This document shows positions 20,434 to 30,744 of a stretch of DNA of 64,000 nt, piece after piece. The first letter of the stretch is position 1. Each line of letters begins with the position of its first letter. Below the pieces are notes generated by a model that was given only the letters and a program-made list of their open reading frames with translations, was not told the DNA's origin and did not search any database. Source of the stretch: Candidatus Poribacteria bacterium (GTDB lineage Bacteria > Poribacteria > WGA-4E > JAJDTR01); assembly GCA_965222225.1 (NCBI GenBank), contig CBDCTK010000002.1:5088001-5152000 (forward strand), in the 5' to 3' direction. Position numbers and translations under genes: made by a program.

Positions 20434-21276
20434 ATGTCAGAAACACAACAGATACGAATCGGTCATAGTCCCGATTCCGATGATGCTTTTATGTTTTATG
20501 CGCTTGCCAAGGGGCTTATCCCGACAAATGGCATTGACGTGGTTCATGTCGTTGAGGACATTGAGAGCTTAAACCGCCGCGCGCTAAATGCGGAGCTTGA
20601 GGTCACGGCGATTTCAGCCCATGCCTACGCTTATGTGGCAGACAATTATGCCCTCACACCGTGCGGCGCAAGCATCGGGGACAGGTATGGCCCTCTGGTT
20701 GTTTCTAGGGAGCCGATGAATCGTGAGGAACTAGCCGGCAAGAAGATAGCGATTCCCGGAAAGTTGACGACCGCCTTCCTCACACTGAGTCTCTACCAAC
20801 CCGATTTTCAACCGGAGACAGTGCGTTTCGATCAGATTTTAACCCATGTCGAGGAAGGAAAAGCCGACGCCGGGTTGATTATCCATGAAGGGCAGCTAAC
20901 ATACGCACGTATGGGGCTACACAAAGTGATGGATCTTGGGAAATGGTGGCATGAAGAAACGAGATTGCCGCTCCCGCTTGGTGCTAACGCCATTCGACGC
21001 GACCTAGGAGACGATAAGATTCGGCAAATTACGACGTTGCTCAAAAAGAGCATTCAGTATTCTCTCGATCACCGTAAAAAGGGGCTTGAGTACGCCATGA
21101 CCTACGCGCGGGACATGGAGACTGATCTCGCCGACAAATTTGTGGGGATGTACGTGAACGAGTATACCCTTGATTACGGTGAAACAGGTAGAGCCGGGGT
21201 TCGTGAATTGCTTCGTCGCGGATATGAATCTGGAGTGATTCCTCATCCAGTTGAGGTTGAGTTCGTTGAAATCTGA
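20434..21276 (+). CDS. mqnD: 1,4-dihydroxy-6-naphthoate synthase (futalosine menaquinone pathway)
   Basis: GHSPDSDDAFMFYAL, DIESLN, YGPLVV, IIHEGQLTY, LPLPLG, MYVNEYT. Confidence 0.93.
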   Translation: MSETQQIRIGHSPDSDDAFMFYALAKGLIPTNGIDVVHVVEDIESLNRRALNAELEVTAISAHAYAYVADNYALTPCGASIGDRYGPLVVSREPMNREELAGKKIAIPGKLTTAFLTLSLYQPDFQPETVRFDQILTHVEEGKADAGLIIHEGQLTYARMGLHKVMDLGKWWHEETRLPLPLGANAIRRDLGDDKIRQITTLLKKSIQYSLDHRKKGLEYAMTYARDMETDLADKFVGMYVNEYTLDYGETGRAGVRELLRRGYESGVIPHPVEVEFVEI

Positions 21277-21300
21277 TCTCGTGATTCGGTCGGGAATGCC

Positions 21301-21330
21301 GTAGGTGGGCATTCCGATGCCCGACAGTAG
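21301..21330 (+). repeat. GTAG-family REP, class 1 (copies at 24558-24592 and 26290-26341)
   Basis: GTAGGTGGGCATTCCGATGCCCGAC vs GTAGGAGGGCATACCGATACCCGAC vs GTAGGGAGGGAACTCCGATTTCCGAC; all intergenic. Confidence 0.8.
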
Positions 21331-21455
21331 GAATTGAATTAAGGCTATCGCCTTGGGATTTCTATCACATTCGACATTCGCTCAGTTAATCGATAGAAAT
21401 CCCTCCGTGATGATTAAACGCCCGTTTCCCCTCTTCGGTCCTTTCGTGCCTATCC

Positions 21456-22154
21456 TCACTGGCCACTGCTTTGGTACTCTGTCGGATCGGAGATGCCTGC
21501 CTCAATGAATCCCTTCTTCCTCAGGAGACAGCTATCACAAGTGCCGCAAGCTCTACCTAGATCGTCCGGATCGTAACAACTAAGAGTCAGCCCGTAATCA
21601 ACGCCGAGTTCCGCACCCTTTTTGATGATTTCCGCCTTGGTCATTAAGATGAGCGGGGTCAGAATCTTGAGTTGCGTTTTTCCCTCCACGCCCGCCTTTG
21701 TCGCGAAATCCGCCATTCGCTGATATGCCTCAATATATTCGGGCCTGCAGTCCGGATAGCCGCTATAATCAAGCGCGTTGACGCCGATAAAGATTGTGTC
21801 CGCCTCCAACGTCTCCGCCCAAGCAAGCGCAAAGGATAGAAAGATTGTATTCCGAGCCGGAACATACGTAACCGGTATACCTGTTCCCATCTCCTCTTGC
21901 GAACGGTCTCGCGGAACTTCTATATCATCGGTCAACGCGGAGCCACCGAACGATCGCAAATCAATGTCAACGACGGTATGTTTCTTCACACCCATGCTTG
22001 CGGCAATCTGTTTTGCTCTCTCAAACTCAAGTGCATGACGTTGGCCATATCGAAAACTCATTGCATACACTTCATATCCCTGCGATTTGGCGATTGCAAG
22101 CGTGGTCGTTGAATCAATGCCTCCGCTCAAGAGGACAATAGCCTTCTTTTCCAA
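21456..22154 (-). CDS. queC: 7-cyano-7-deazaguanine synthase
   Basis: [29 protein letters not shown]...CGTCDSC; TTG start after GAGGAGG. Confidence 0.98.
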   Translation of the reverse strand: MEKKAIVLLSGGIDSTTTLAIAKSQGYEVYAMSFRYGQRHALEFERAKQIAASMGVKKHTVVDIDLRSFGGSALTDDIEVPRDRSQEEMGTGIPVTYVPARNTIFLSFALAWAETLEADTIFIGVNALDYSGYPDCRPEYIEAYQRMADFATKAGVEGKTQLKILTPLILMTKAEIIKKGAELGVDYGLTLSCYDPDDLGRACGTCDSCLLRKKGFIEAGISDPTEYQSSGQ

Positions 22155-22340
22155 TCTGAATTCCTCCTCTTCTCTATGCACCTTGACGTTATGCCAATTA
22201 CCCTGCATTAGTCTATCCACAAACCAAAGCCAATGTCAACCATTCAAGTACAGTGTCGTCAACCGGGGATTGCTCCTACTGACCACTGACCACTACTTCC
22301 CACTTCCATCTTTCCATCCTCATGTGTTATCATATTGGGA

Positions 22341-22714
22341 GCTTGAGTTGGGTAGATGATCGCGTTTCGAGAAATCGGGATGAGGAAAGTCCGGACTCCG
22401 TAGGGCGGGATGCTGGGTAACACCCAGGAGCGGCGACGCTATGGAAAGTGCAACAGAAAGCAGACTACAACGCATCGCGCGTTGTACAGGTGAAACGGTG
22501 TGGTAAAAGCGCACCAGTCCCGGTGGAGACACCGGGAGCTTGGCAAACCCCATCCGGAGCAAGGCTAAATAGGAGGACATTGCAGGCGCGCCCGCCTCGT
22601 CCTCGGGTAAAGCCGCTTGAGGTCGGTGGCGACACCGATCCCAGATGAATGACCATCACCCTGATGAGCGAAAGCGAATCGGGGAACAGAATCCGGCTTA
22701 TTCCCAGCTCAAGC
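22341..22714 (+). ncRNA. rnpB: RNase P RNA, bacterial type A
   Basis: GAGGAAAGTCCGGACTCC, GAAAGTGCAACAGAAA, GGTGAAACGG, GGCAAACCCC...GGAGCAAG, ACAGAATCCGGCTTA; P1 GCTTGAGTTGGG/CCCAGCTCAAGC. Confidence 0.98.
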
Positions 22715-22813
22715 GCCCTTCTAATTAAAGTTGAACAATCTCCGAATCACGATGGTCGGGAATTGGAATTCCCTTCTACATGCGACATTTTGACGCAAAA
22801 CTTAGGATATAAC

Positions 22814-24533
22814 ATGAAGAAAATAATCGTTATAGTAATAACAGTCGGTTTATTACTCTTGTTTTTGGCGGGAAACTATTCTCACGCCGCAGATGGCGAC
22901 CTCAACGGCGATGGCGTCGTGAATATCCTGGATCTGGTGATTATCGCTTCACACTTCGGCGAGAGAATTGACGCAACACAGATGCCGTCCCCGGATGTCA
23001 ACGGTGACGGCACCGTGAACATCCTAGACTTGGTATACGTTGCCAACCTAATCGGGAGTTCAGACCCTGCTGCGGTTACAAGCCTCATCTTTGGGCGTGG
23101 GGGTGACTCACTCACGCTCGACCCCGCACTGGTGCTTGACGGGGAATCGGCAAAAGTTTGTGATATGCTCTATGATACGCGTATCCAGTATCGGCTTGAT
23201 ACAACCGATATTTCGCCCGGTTTAGCCGAAGCATGGGAGAGTTCCGCCGATGGATTGACGTGGACATTTCACCTACGCCAAGGTGTCCAATTTCACGACG
23301 GCACACCGTTAGACGCGGATGCGGTTGTCTTCTCACTCACGCGTCCAAAGGTGGTGTTGCGTGATTTTCACGCTGAATTCCTCAACCAGATCATCGCACT
23401 AGATACCTTTACGGTGCAAGTTCAGCTTAAAACCTCTTATGCCCCCTTTATTAGCACGTTGACGGGGACATCGTTTTCTATCGTGAGTCCGGCAGCAGTT
23501 CAACACTTTGGCGATCGTTTTGGAGACGGTAACGCGGTCGGCACTGGACCCTTCAAGTTTGTGCAATGGAATAAGGGCGACCAAATCGTGCTTGAGGCAA
23601 ACGATACACATTGGGCAGGACGACCGCCACTTGATAGGTTTGTCTCCGTTCTATTCCGGATAACTCCGTAAGGCTCATGGAGCTTCAGGGGGGTAACATT
23701 CACGCGATGGAATTCCCGAACCCTGAAGAGATACCGCTGATTGAAGGCGATCCGCAGCTTGAACTTATCAAGCAATCCAGTTTGAATATCGGATACTTGG
23801 CGATGAACTTCCACAAACCTCCTTTTGACAACCTCAAAGTAAGGCTTGCGATAAACCACGCCATAAACAAGACCGAGATTATCGATCGCTTGTATCAAGG
23901 TACAGGCATCCCGGCTAAAAATCCGATACCGCCCGCACTCTGGAGTTACGACGATACTATTGAGGATTACGAATACAATCCGGAACTAGCGAAGCAACTT
24001 CTCGCGGAGGCAGGCTATCCCGACGGGTTTGAGACAACGCTATGGGCGTTGCCGGTTCCGCGTCCTTACATTCCAAACGGCATGGCGCTGGCGGAAGCGC
24101 TCCAAGCTGACCTCCGCAAAAGGTTGGGGTTGAGACAACAATAGTAACTTACGACTGGGGCACGTATCTGGAGAAAACAGAAAACGGCGGGCATGATATG
24201 GCGATGCTAGGATGGATTGCCGACGAGGGCGACCCCGACAACTTTTTCTACTATCTTCTGAGCAAGACCTACGCTGAGCAACCCGCATTTAATATCGCCT
24301 TTTATCGAAGCGATGAGATGCAGGATGTTCTAGAGCGAGCCAGAACGAGCACTGATCGGGCGGAACGAACCGAACTTTACCGGCAAGCGCAGGCGATATT
24401 CCACAGAGATGCGCCGTGGGTGCCGTTGGCACATGCCCAACGATTATTGGTTATTGACAAGCGGGTGAAGAATCTCAGGCTTTCGCCGGTAGGGTGGAAA
24501 TACCTTCGCAACCTATCCCTGGAATCCCCATAG
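22814..24533 (+). pseudogene. Dockerin-fused family-5 (DppA-like) ABC substrate-binding protein, two frameshifts
   Basis: Signal peptide, two GD[LV]NGDG.VNILDLV repeats, then DppA motifs (LAEAW, TWTFHLRQGVQFHDG, GTGPFKF, VRLAINHAIN, YNPELAKQLLAEAGYPDGF); frame breaks near 23646 and 24120. Confidence 0.9.
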
Positions 24534-24592
24534 GTGCCCAATTCTGGATACCGCGCTGTAGGAGGGCATACCGATACCCGACATCCTCCTAC

Positions 24593-26245
24593 CTAATAGA
24601 ACCGCCACTTCTCATCGTCATAGTAGAACATCAAGATAGGTTTGAGCAGCTTGTTAAGCTTGGTCTCGACTTCGGCGACATCCTTCGCAAATTGGAACAT
24701 TGCACCAACGAAATCGTCAGTGAGAAAGTTCGTCTCAACCGTCAGGCGAATGGCTTCGACATCACAAGGCATTTTGGAAGCAAGATTGAACCCCCAATTC
24801 CCCATTGATGGTACCTCTGCGTGATAAGCGTAGGTATGCCACCCCGCCTCTTCTATCGACTGATGAATGCACCAGAACGCTCGACGTGCGAAGAACGGTG
24901 ATGTGCTCTGGGTCACCATCGTACCGCCAGAGTTGAGTATGTCGCCGACCAGCTTATAAAATGCGACGCTGTAAAGTTTCGATAAGCCCTCGTCGTTTGG
25001 ATCTGGCAAATCAATGATAACCACATCAAATGTCTGATTTGCGCGTTCGCGTTCGACGAATATGTAGGCGTCTTCATTGACTATCGTAACTTTCGGATGC
25101 GAGAGCGAGCCGCCATTAAGCGCCACAATTGCATTGTGGCTGCTGCAAACTTCTGTAATCTCGGGGTCAATATCCACCACGAGGATGCGCTGCACCTCCG
25201 CGTATTTAAGTACCTCCCGCGTTGCCAAACCATCACCACCGCCGAGGATTAACACGTTCTCGCGGTTGTTGGCGAGCGTCATTGCAGGGTGAACAAGGGC
25301 CTCGTGGTATCGGAACTCGTCAACCGAGCTGAATTGTAGCTGCATATCAATGTAAAGTCTGACATCCCCACCCCGGTTAATGACCTTTATCTGACGGGAA
25401 TCGGCAGTTGGCGGTTCCGACAGGATTTCTGTTGACGCGCTTCGCTCTGTCACGACAATCTTCTGATATTTTGATTGTTTCGAAAAAAGAATACGATGAT
25501 GGTAGAGATTACTTTCTAGCCAAACACCGATGGGGCCACCGTAAGCAGAAGCAACCGCAAGACAACCGCCAGCAAACACAACGGTTACCACCACGCCGGC
25601 TCTCTTTTCAATATCAGTCCAGTAATGAAGGAGCACAAGTCCGGCGACAAGAACATTGACCAATCCGATGATGAAAGCGGTTTGGATTAAACCGGTGTAC
25701 TTCAATAGTAGGAGTGGAAAGGCGATAGAGCCGATTAACGCTCCAACATAATCAAAAGCAAGCACGTTGGCAAGCGTGACCCGCAAGGACTCGTATTGGG
25801 CGACAATTCGCGTCAGAATCGGGATTTCCAAGCCTACAAGCGTCCCGATTGCCATAATAAGCGTGAACATCACCGCAAGATACCCTACCGTAGACTCAAC
25901 GATGATGTAGGCGCTGAAGAGAATTACGGACGACACCCCGCCCAGTACGCCGATGATTGTCTCAATCAGGATGAATCGGTTTACGAGATAACGATCGACG
26001 AATTTTGACAGGAAAGAGCCCAATCCCATTGAACTCATGAATAGTCCAATGGTAATCGAAAATTGGTAGACGCTGTTGCCAAGAAGGTACGACGATACGG
26101 CGGCGATAATGATTTCATAGATTATCGCGCATATTGAAATGAGGGAAACGGCGAGAAGTAGTACCAGGATAGCCCGTCTACTACTTGCATTGATGGTATT
26201 GGCAGGTACTTCCGAATTATCAGGGTTGTCTGTCTGCGTGGTCAT
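24593..26245 (-). CDS. speE: Membrane-fused polyamine aminopropyltransferase (spermidine synthase)
   Basis: Multi-TM N-terminus (GLEIP, DYVGAL), SKYQKI, QFSSVDEFRYHEALVH, LGGGDG, IDLPDP. Start chosen downstream of the REP. Confidence 0.93.
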   Translation of the reverse strand: MTTQTDNPDNSEVPANTINASSRRAILVLLLAVSLISICAIIYEIIIAAVSSYLLGNSVYQFSITIGLFMSSMGLGSFLSKFVDRYLVNRFILIETIIGVLGGVSSVILFSAYIIVESTVGYLAVMFTLIMAIGTLVGLEIPILTRIVAQYESLRVTLANVLAFDYVGALIGSIAFPLLLLKYTGLIQTAFIIGLVNVLVAGLVLLHYWTDIEKRAGVVVTVVFAGGCLAVASAYGGPIGVWLESNLYHHRILFSKQSKYQKIVVTERSASTEILSEPPTADSRQIKVINRGGDVRLYIDMQLQFSSVDEFRYHEALVHPAMTLANNRENVLILGGGDGLATREVLKYAEVQRILVVDIDPEITEVCSSHNAIVALNGGSLSHPKVTIVNEDAYIFVERERANQTFDVVIIDLPDPNDEGLSKLYSVAFYKLVGDILNSGGTMVTQSTSPFFARRAFWCIHQSIEEAGWHTYAYHAEVPSMGNWGFNLASKMPCDVEAIRLTVETNFLTDDFVGAMFQFAKDVAEVETKLNKLLKPILMFYYDDEKWRFY

Positions 26246-26370
26246 AAAGATCGGATATTGAACCTCTTTGGTTTCTAACAGGTCGCGTGGTAGGAGGGAA
26301 CTCCGATTTCCGACGGTAGCGATTCGGTGCTCGTTCCTACAGATAATCAAAGAAAGCGGAAAAAGGCTAT

Positions 26371-26422
26371 CGGAATCTCTATGGGATTTCTATCGCGCTC
26401 CTTATTATTCAGTCGCTTGATC
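26371..26422. repeat. Dispersed GGGATYTCTATCGC repeat (also ~21355-21402, ~61138-61170, ~62463-62589)
   Basis: GGAATCTCTATGGGAT(T/C)TCTATCGC(G/C)CTCCTTATT..CAGTCG(C/G)TTGATC shared with 62542-62589; occurs as inverted pairs at 21355 and 62463. Confidence 0.75.
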
Positions 26423-26450
26423 GATTCGGAAATCGCTCCTACTTTCACCC

Positions 26451-27017
26451 CTATCGAATTCCGTCCTTTCCGGCGATCTCAATCGTCGATTGTGTAACCA
26501 CTACGGCAGGCGCCTCAACATAGGAATGAAAAGTCTTCAACTCAAGCCCAGTTTCATCGGCCTTCAGCACATCAATCACCGTGATAGGTGTTTCCGCCAT
26601 ATCTTCTCGCGTTGGAAAACAGTGGCGCAATCGGAACAGTATGCTCTCATTGGGTGGCGTCGGTTCATTTAGTAGAAAATCCCCCCCTGGAGCGTCCAAC
26701 AGTTGTAGTTCTACGCGATAATTGAATTCGTCGGCGACCCGAAAATGGTAACAATGGTCCCCAAAAGCACGAATAAGCTTAACTCTGCCATCCGAAGGGA
26801 GTACGTTAGAGCCGCCGGAGATGACCTCTGCCATGGACCCCTGTTCCGTTTCCACGTTGACAACATGACTGCTGCCGATAATCCAGAAATCGGCTCGGTA
26901 TGAGACTTGCTCAATGGACCGCTGTTCAAAGATGCGAAATAAATTTGGCTCTAGTCGCCGCTCGTAGAGACCGAAACGTAGATTCGCAATGTCTTGTCCG
27001 ACATAGACGCTTTGCAA
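26451..27017 (-). CDS. DUF2617-like protein, upstream of speE
   Basis: IIGSSHVV, L.H.FP...P.T.I, TFHSY...VVVTQS pattern; this family commonly neighbours membrane spermidine synthases. Confidence 0.65.
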   Translation of the reverse strand: MQSVYVGQDIANLRFGLYERRLEPNLFRIFEQRSIEQVSYRADFWIIGSSHVVNVETEQGSMAEVISGGSNVLPSDGRVKLIRAFGDHCYHFRVADEFNYRVELQLLDAPGGDFLLNEPTPPNESILFRLRHCFPTREDMAETPITVIDVLKADETGLELKTFHSYVEAPAVVVTQSTIEIAGKDGIR

Positions 27018-27258
27018 TCGTATCCACTCCCAGTAGTGCTGTCTTCAGCCCTTGTCCTATTGCCGCGGATTGTATAAATCAACCGCCTTACTTACCTTCT
27101 CGGAAGTTGGGATACATAAATTAAACGTTAACAAAATGTGAAAAACGTCAATTTTTCTCCGAACAATTTCCGCACTCATTTGCCAAAGGAAGCAGTTACG
27201 ACAGAACATTGTGAAACACTATCGTTTAACTTAATCCATAAGGAAAGGAATAAAAAAA

Positions 27259-27813
27259 TTGAAAACCAGAACTGTAGTCACCATCTGCATCGCTCTTCTC
27301 ACCGTAGGCATCATGGCATCAACCGCGTTTTCGCGCGGCGGTCCCTCGCATGGAAAAGACAAGAAGGGATTTCACCTCAAATCCAAAATGATGAAAATGC
27401 TCTCCGAAGAGCAGGGCCAACAATTGAAGTCACTGAAGGTTGATCACGCGAAACAAATTCTGCCGCTAAAAGCGGAAATGCAGGTCAAGCGTTTGGAACT
27501 TAACCAACTTTGGAGTGCGGACGAACTTGATGAAGGCGCAATCCTCGCCAAGTCTGATGAAATACTGGCAATAGGAACAAAGATTCGTCAAGCCGCGACT
27601 CGCCACAAACTTGAGACTGCTAAACTACTAACGAAAGAACAGCGTGAAGCGTTGATGAAAGCTCGCCACTTTGGCGATGGTTACAAGAAAAAAGGGCACG
27701 GATTTCGAGGTAGACGGCATCACAGAGATTCGGACGAGGAACGCGAAATGCGTCACCGTGACCGACACGAACGTCGGAACCATAAAAACGCAGAAGATTC
27801 GGATGATGAATAA
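27259..27813 (+). CDS. Spy/CpxP/ZraP-like periplasmic protein with His/charge-rich tail
   Basis: Signal peptide; LSEEQ and LLTKEQR (LTxxQ) motifs. Confidence 0.85.
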   Translation: MKTRTVVTICIALLTVGIMASTAFSRGGPSHGKDKKGFHLKSKMMKMLSEEQGQQLKSLKVDHAKQILPLKAEMQVKRLELNQLWSADELDEGAILAKSDEILAIGTKIRQAATRHKLETAKLLTKEQREALMKARHFGDGYKKKGHGFRGRRHHRDSDEEREMRHRDRHERRNHKNAEDSDDE

Positions 27814-27870
27814 ACTCGGTTGCATAGGGCGATGGAAACATCAACGCCTAACCGCTACTCCAAATCAAAT

Positions 27871-27907
27871 AAGACCCCCGTACATGTTGGATGTACGGGG
27901 GTTTTTT
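27871..27907 (+). terminator. Rho-independent terminator
   Basis: GACCCCCGTACAT-GTTGG-ATGTACGGGGGTT followed by T-run. Confidence 0.9.
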
Positions 27908-27958
27908 GTTCTAGCATCAGCTCCATTGAACCGGCATGTCGAGATCTCTTGATACGCA

Positions 27959-28267
27959 CTACAGAATGACACCATCCGCTAACGAGGTGCCGTTATTAAT
28001 TTCACTTCTCATGTTCCCCATCCCGGAAGCGTCATCGTCCAAACCCGTAAGCCTTACAGCGCCAATCCCCAGAAATACCAGATTACGCTCCGACTCTCGA
28101 ATAGCCCAGCCGTGATCGTGCCAGTGCACGCCATCTTCCGAGGTCGCCACGCCGAACCCTTCGCCGGCGCTGCGCTCCGTAATTAGATAGTAAAGATAAT
28201 AGGTTCCCTCATGATAGTATGCCCATGTGTCCCAATGTGCCTTTACGTTGTCAGATTTGAAAATCAT
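27959..28267 (-). pseudogene. Truncated GH32/GH43-like beta-propeller fragment
   Basis: WDTWAYYHEGTYYLYYL...GVATSEDGVHWHDHG, then abrupt loss of similarity; only 102 aa. Confidence 0.65.
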
Positions 28268-28328
28268 CCGCTAGAGCCAGCTCTCCGTTGTCCGACTACA
28301 TTTCAAATGTGTGGCGAATCACTACATC

Positions 28329-29120
28329 CTAATCAACAAAGCGCGCCGAAATGTATCCCACTCGATCAAAAGTCGCCCGATAGCAAGACCTCGCCTCGGG
28401 TGATACCACGGTGTGCGGCGTACCCGGTATGACAAACTCTCCGGCGGATAAGCCTATGTCGAACTCGGCAAGTTTATTCACCAAATTAACGACCGAATGG
28501 ATGGGATTGCCGAGTACCGCGGCTGTGGCGGCGGTAGCAATGACTTCCCCATCTTTCTCCACCACTACACCGATTTGCCGGAAGTCGATGCCGTCAATAG
28601 GCGTGAATTGTCCACCCAAAATTACTTTGCAAGCGCCGCAGCTATCCGCGATCAGATCCTGAGCCGCTTTGGGTTTCTCCACCCCGCGGGTGTCCGCAAT
28701 TTCAAATGCAGGCATCACTCCCGCGATAGAAGCCATAACACTTGCCGGCGTGGCGCCCGGTCCTTTAAGGTCTTTTTTGAGAACGAAGGCGGTTTCACCT
28801 TCTAACATTGGCTTGCATAAGCCGCTAAGCGAAATCGGTTCACCCTCCAACACCAGCATTGAGGCAAAGAGATTCCCATAAACCGGGCTGTCCGTATTGA
28901 ACATTATCTGCATAGCCTTTGCTGATAGGCCTATCTTTCGACCTATGACGGTGTCGTCGTTACTGATTCGGGTATCAAACGTCTTCTTATGAACGGCATA
29001 GGCTTCTGCGATGGTTATGTCGGGATACTGATCGACCACGTTGGTTATTGGCGTGGCTGTCTCTTGAGCATTCATGAGCGCCTGAGATAACTCTGTTATC
29101 TGACTCTCGGTAAGGGGCAT
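28329..29120 (-). CDS. 2-keto-4-pentenoate hydratase-like (MhpD/FAH family)
   Basis: AYAV, GRKIGLS, PVYGNLF, LEGETAF, PAFEIADTR, AVLGNP; AAGGAG RBS before ATG29120. Confidence 0.88.
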   Translation of the reverse strand: MPLTESQITELSQALMNAQETATPITNVVDQYPDITIAEAYAVHKKTFDTRISNDDTVIGRKIGLSAKAMQIMFNTDSPVYGNLFASMLVLEGEPISLSGLCKPMLEGETAFVLKKDLKGPGATPASVMASIAGVMPAFEIADTRGVEKPKAAQDLIADSCGACKVILGGQFTPIDGIDFRQIGVVVEKDGEVIATAATAAVLGNPIHSVVNLVNKLAEFDIGLSAGEFVIPGTPHTVVSPEARSCYRATFDRVGYISARFVD

Positions 29121-29207
29121 AAAATAAATCTCCTTTTCTTCTATGGTGATTCTCAAATTAACACAACACTGCGAAGTTTGAGTCCAAAGTCAGGTCGTAT
29201 GACATCA

Positions 29208-29342
29208 CGTTGTGGAGTATAAGTGCTGTAAGGGATGGCGGGTTATGGATACCACGGCAGGAGTCGAAACCAATATTGAAACCCAATAACTTTTCTGCGC
29301 GTGGTCATGCTTTCGTATCCAATAGATGAAATCTCCACCACG
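29208..29342 (-). ncRNA. Candidate rod-like structured 5' leader of mhpD-like gene
   Basis: Nested stems CGUGGUGGAG/CUCCACAACG, UGGAUAC/GUAUCCA, CACG/CGUG, GCAG/CUGC, UAUUG/CAAUA; promoter TTGTAA-17-TAACAT at 29348-29376. Confidence 0.55.
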
Positions 29343-29465
29343 GGGCTATGTTAGCACACGTGGGTTTCCATTACAATGTTTTATCGCTAGGCTGAGCTGT
29401 GGACTACCGCCGTGCTTCATAGTTTAGCCTTTTTCGATTCCTCGATCTACCTTACGTTCGCCGTA

Positions 29466-30452
29466 TCACATTTCACGCATCTCTATTCGCTTTCCGGTAC
29501 GCGCGGCTTCGGTCACGCCGTCAATAATCCGCATATTCCGCTGTGAATTATCCATTGTCACAAGCGGGGTCGCTCCAGTGTCCAACGATTCGCATAGATT
29601 CAGCATCTGCGCCGCATACGGATTCACTCCCGTAAGGTTCACGGCTTCTCCATTCAACATGAAATTGCAAGTTCCGTCGCCATTGCTCCATGCACGCGGG
29701 GCGAGAATCGTTCCTTTCGTGCCGACTACCTCATAGGACTCTCGATTGCTCCAATCGAAACTACAATCGAATTGACCGGAGATACCGTTGCCAAAATCCA
29801 ATGTTCCAATCATCGTTTCCCAGGCGTTGCTTACGGGTTCAAACCTTCCGCACCCCCAAACGGTCTTTGGTTCGGCGTCAATGAAGTAACGAATAACATC
29901 GACACAATAACAGCCTAAAACTCGCGCTGCACCTCCGCCAAGATCGCCGTGAAAGCGCCAGTTCGTCCGATCTGTCATCGCTGTCGAAAAAGCTGATCGT
30001 GCATACCGTACTTCGCCAACCGCCCCATCCAGAATGTGGTGCTTGACCGCAAGCGTCACTGGGTGATGCCGATACATCAACCCTTCCGTCAGTACGACAC
30101 CTGCCTTCTCCGTGACTTGAATCATCAGCTCGGAATCATTGGCGTACATGGCAATCGGTGCTTCACACAGTATTCCTTGAACGCCGTTGCGTATCCCCTC
30201 CAATATTATTTCCAGATGAGCCTTGGGGGTGGTCGCAATCACCAATACGTCCGGTTGCTGCCTTTCAAGCATGGTTCTCACGTCTTTGTAGGTATGCTTG
30301 ACATCGAACGTGTCGGCGAAACTTGTGAGAGATTCGAGCTTTATATCGCAAGCGGCAACCAGATTGATTTCGGGAAGACTTTTCCAAGCACTGGCGTGCA
30401 CTTTGGAGATTCCGCCACACCCGACCATTGCGACGCGGTATGGTGAATTCAT
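29466..30452 (-). CDS. Gfo/Idh/MocA family oxidoreductase (atypical active site)
   Basis: VAMVGCGGIS, LCEAP (usually EKP), YRHHP, LGGG, VVGTKG. Confidence 0.9.
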   Translation of the reverse strand: MNSPYRVAMVGCGGISKVHASAWKSLPEINLVAACDIKLESLTSFADTFDVKHTYKDVRTMLERQQPDVLVIATTPKAHLEIILEGIRNGVQGILCEAPIAMYANDSELMIQVTEKAGVVLTEGLMYRHHPVTLAVKHHILDGAVGEVRYARSAFSTAMTDRTNWRFHGDLGGGAARVLGCYCVDVIRYFIDAEPKTVWGCGRFEPVSNAWETMIGTLDFGNGISGQFDCSFDWSNRESYEVVGTKGTILAPRAWSNGDGTCNFMLNGEAVNLTGVNPYAAQMLNLCESLDTGATPLVTMDNSQRNMRIIDGVTEAARTGKRIEMREM

Positions 30453-30524
30453 GGTTAGCACTCTATGCGTGAGAAGACAAAAACAGGCATGGAAGACCCT
30501 GCGGACATTGGACGTGGCTGGCGA

Positions 30525-30546
30525 TGGTGGGCAGTGCCCACCCCAC
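30525..30546 (-). repeat. GTAG-family REP, class 2 (copies at 33731-33752 and 39678-39697)
   Basis: GT(A/G)GGGTGGGCACT(G/A)CCCACC hairpin in three intergenic sites. Confidence 0.75.
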
Positions 30547-30744
30547 AAGAAATTTGAGGTGAGGAATGAATCTGGGCAGGAGGACAAGGACAGAACGCTT
30601 CAAGACTGAGTGCTTGGTGTGAAGAAAATTGACGCTCTAATCGTTGGATGCGATATCTGAATCCTGATTGACTACAAAACTCTTCCGTAGAACGAATAGC
30701 GTTTAGTTATTTTGCCCGGCCTAACTGCCGGATCAGGGTATCGA

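Noticed and set aside
22277-22320. Short tandem units (ACTGACC, TTCCATC; also ~33862-33897, ~58494-58518) as a CRISPR or array
   Set aside because: Only 2-3 degenerate 7-8-mers with no spacers and no cas genes; no CRISPR array anywhere in the window.
22649-22813. N-terminal extension of the SBP ORF, and ORFs at 22320-22659
   Set aside because: They overlap the RNase P RNA; the true start is ATG22814 with a signal peptide.
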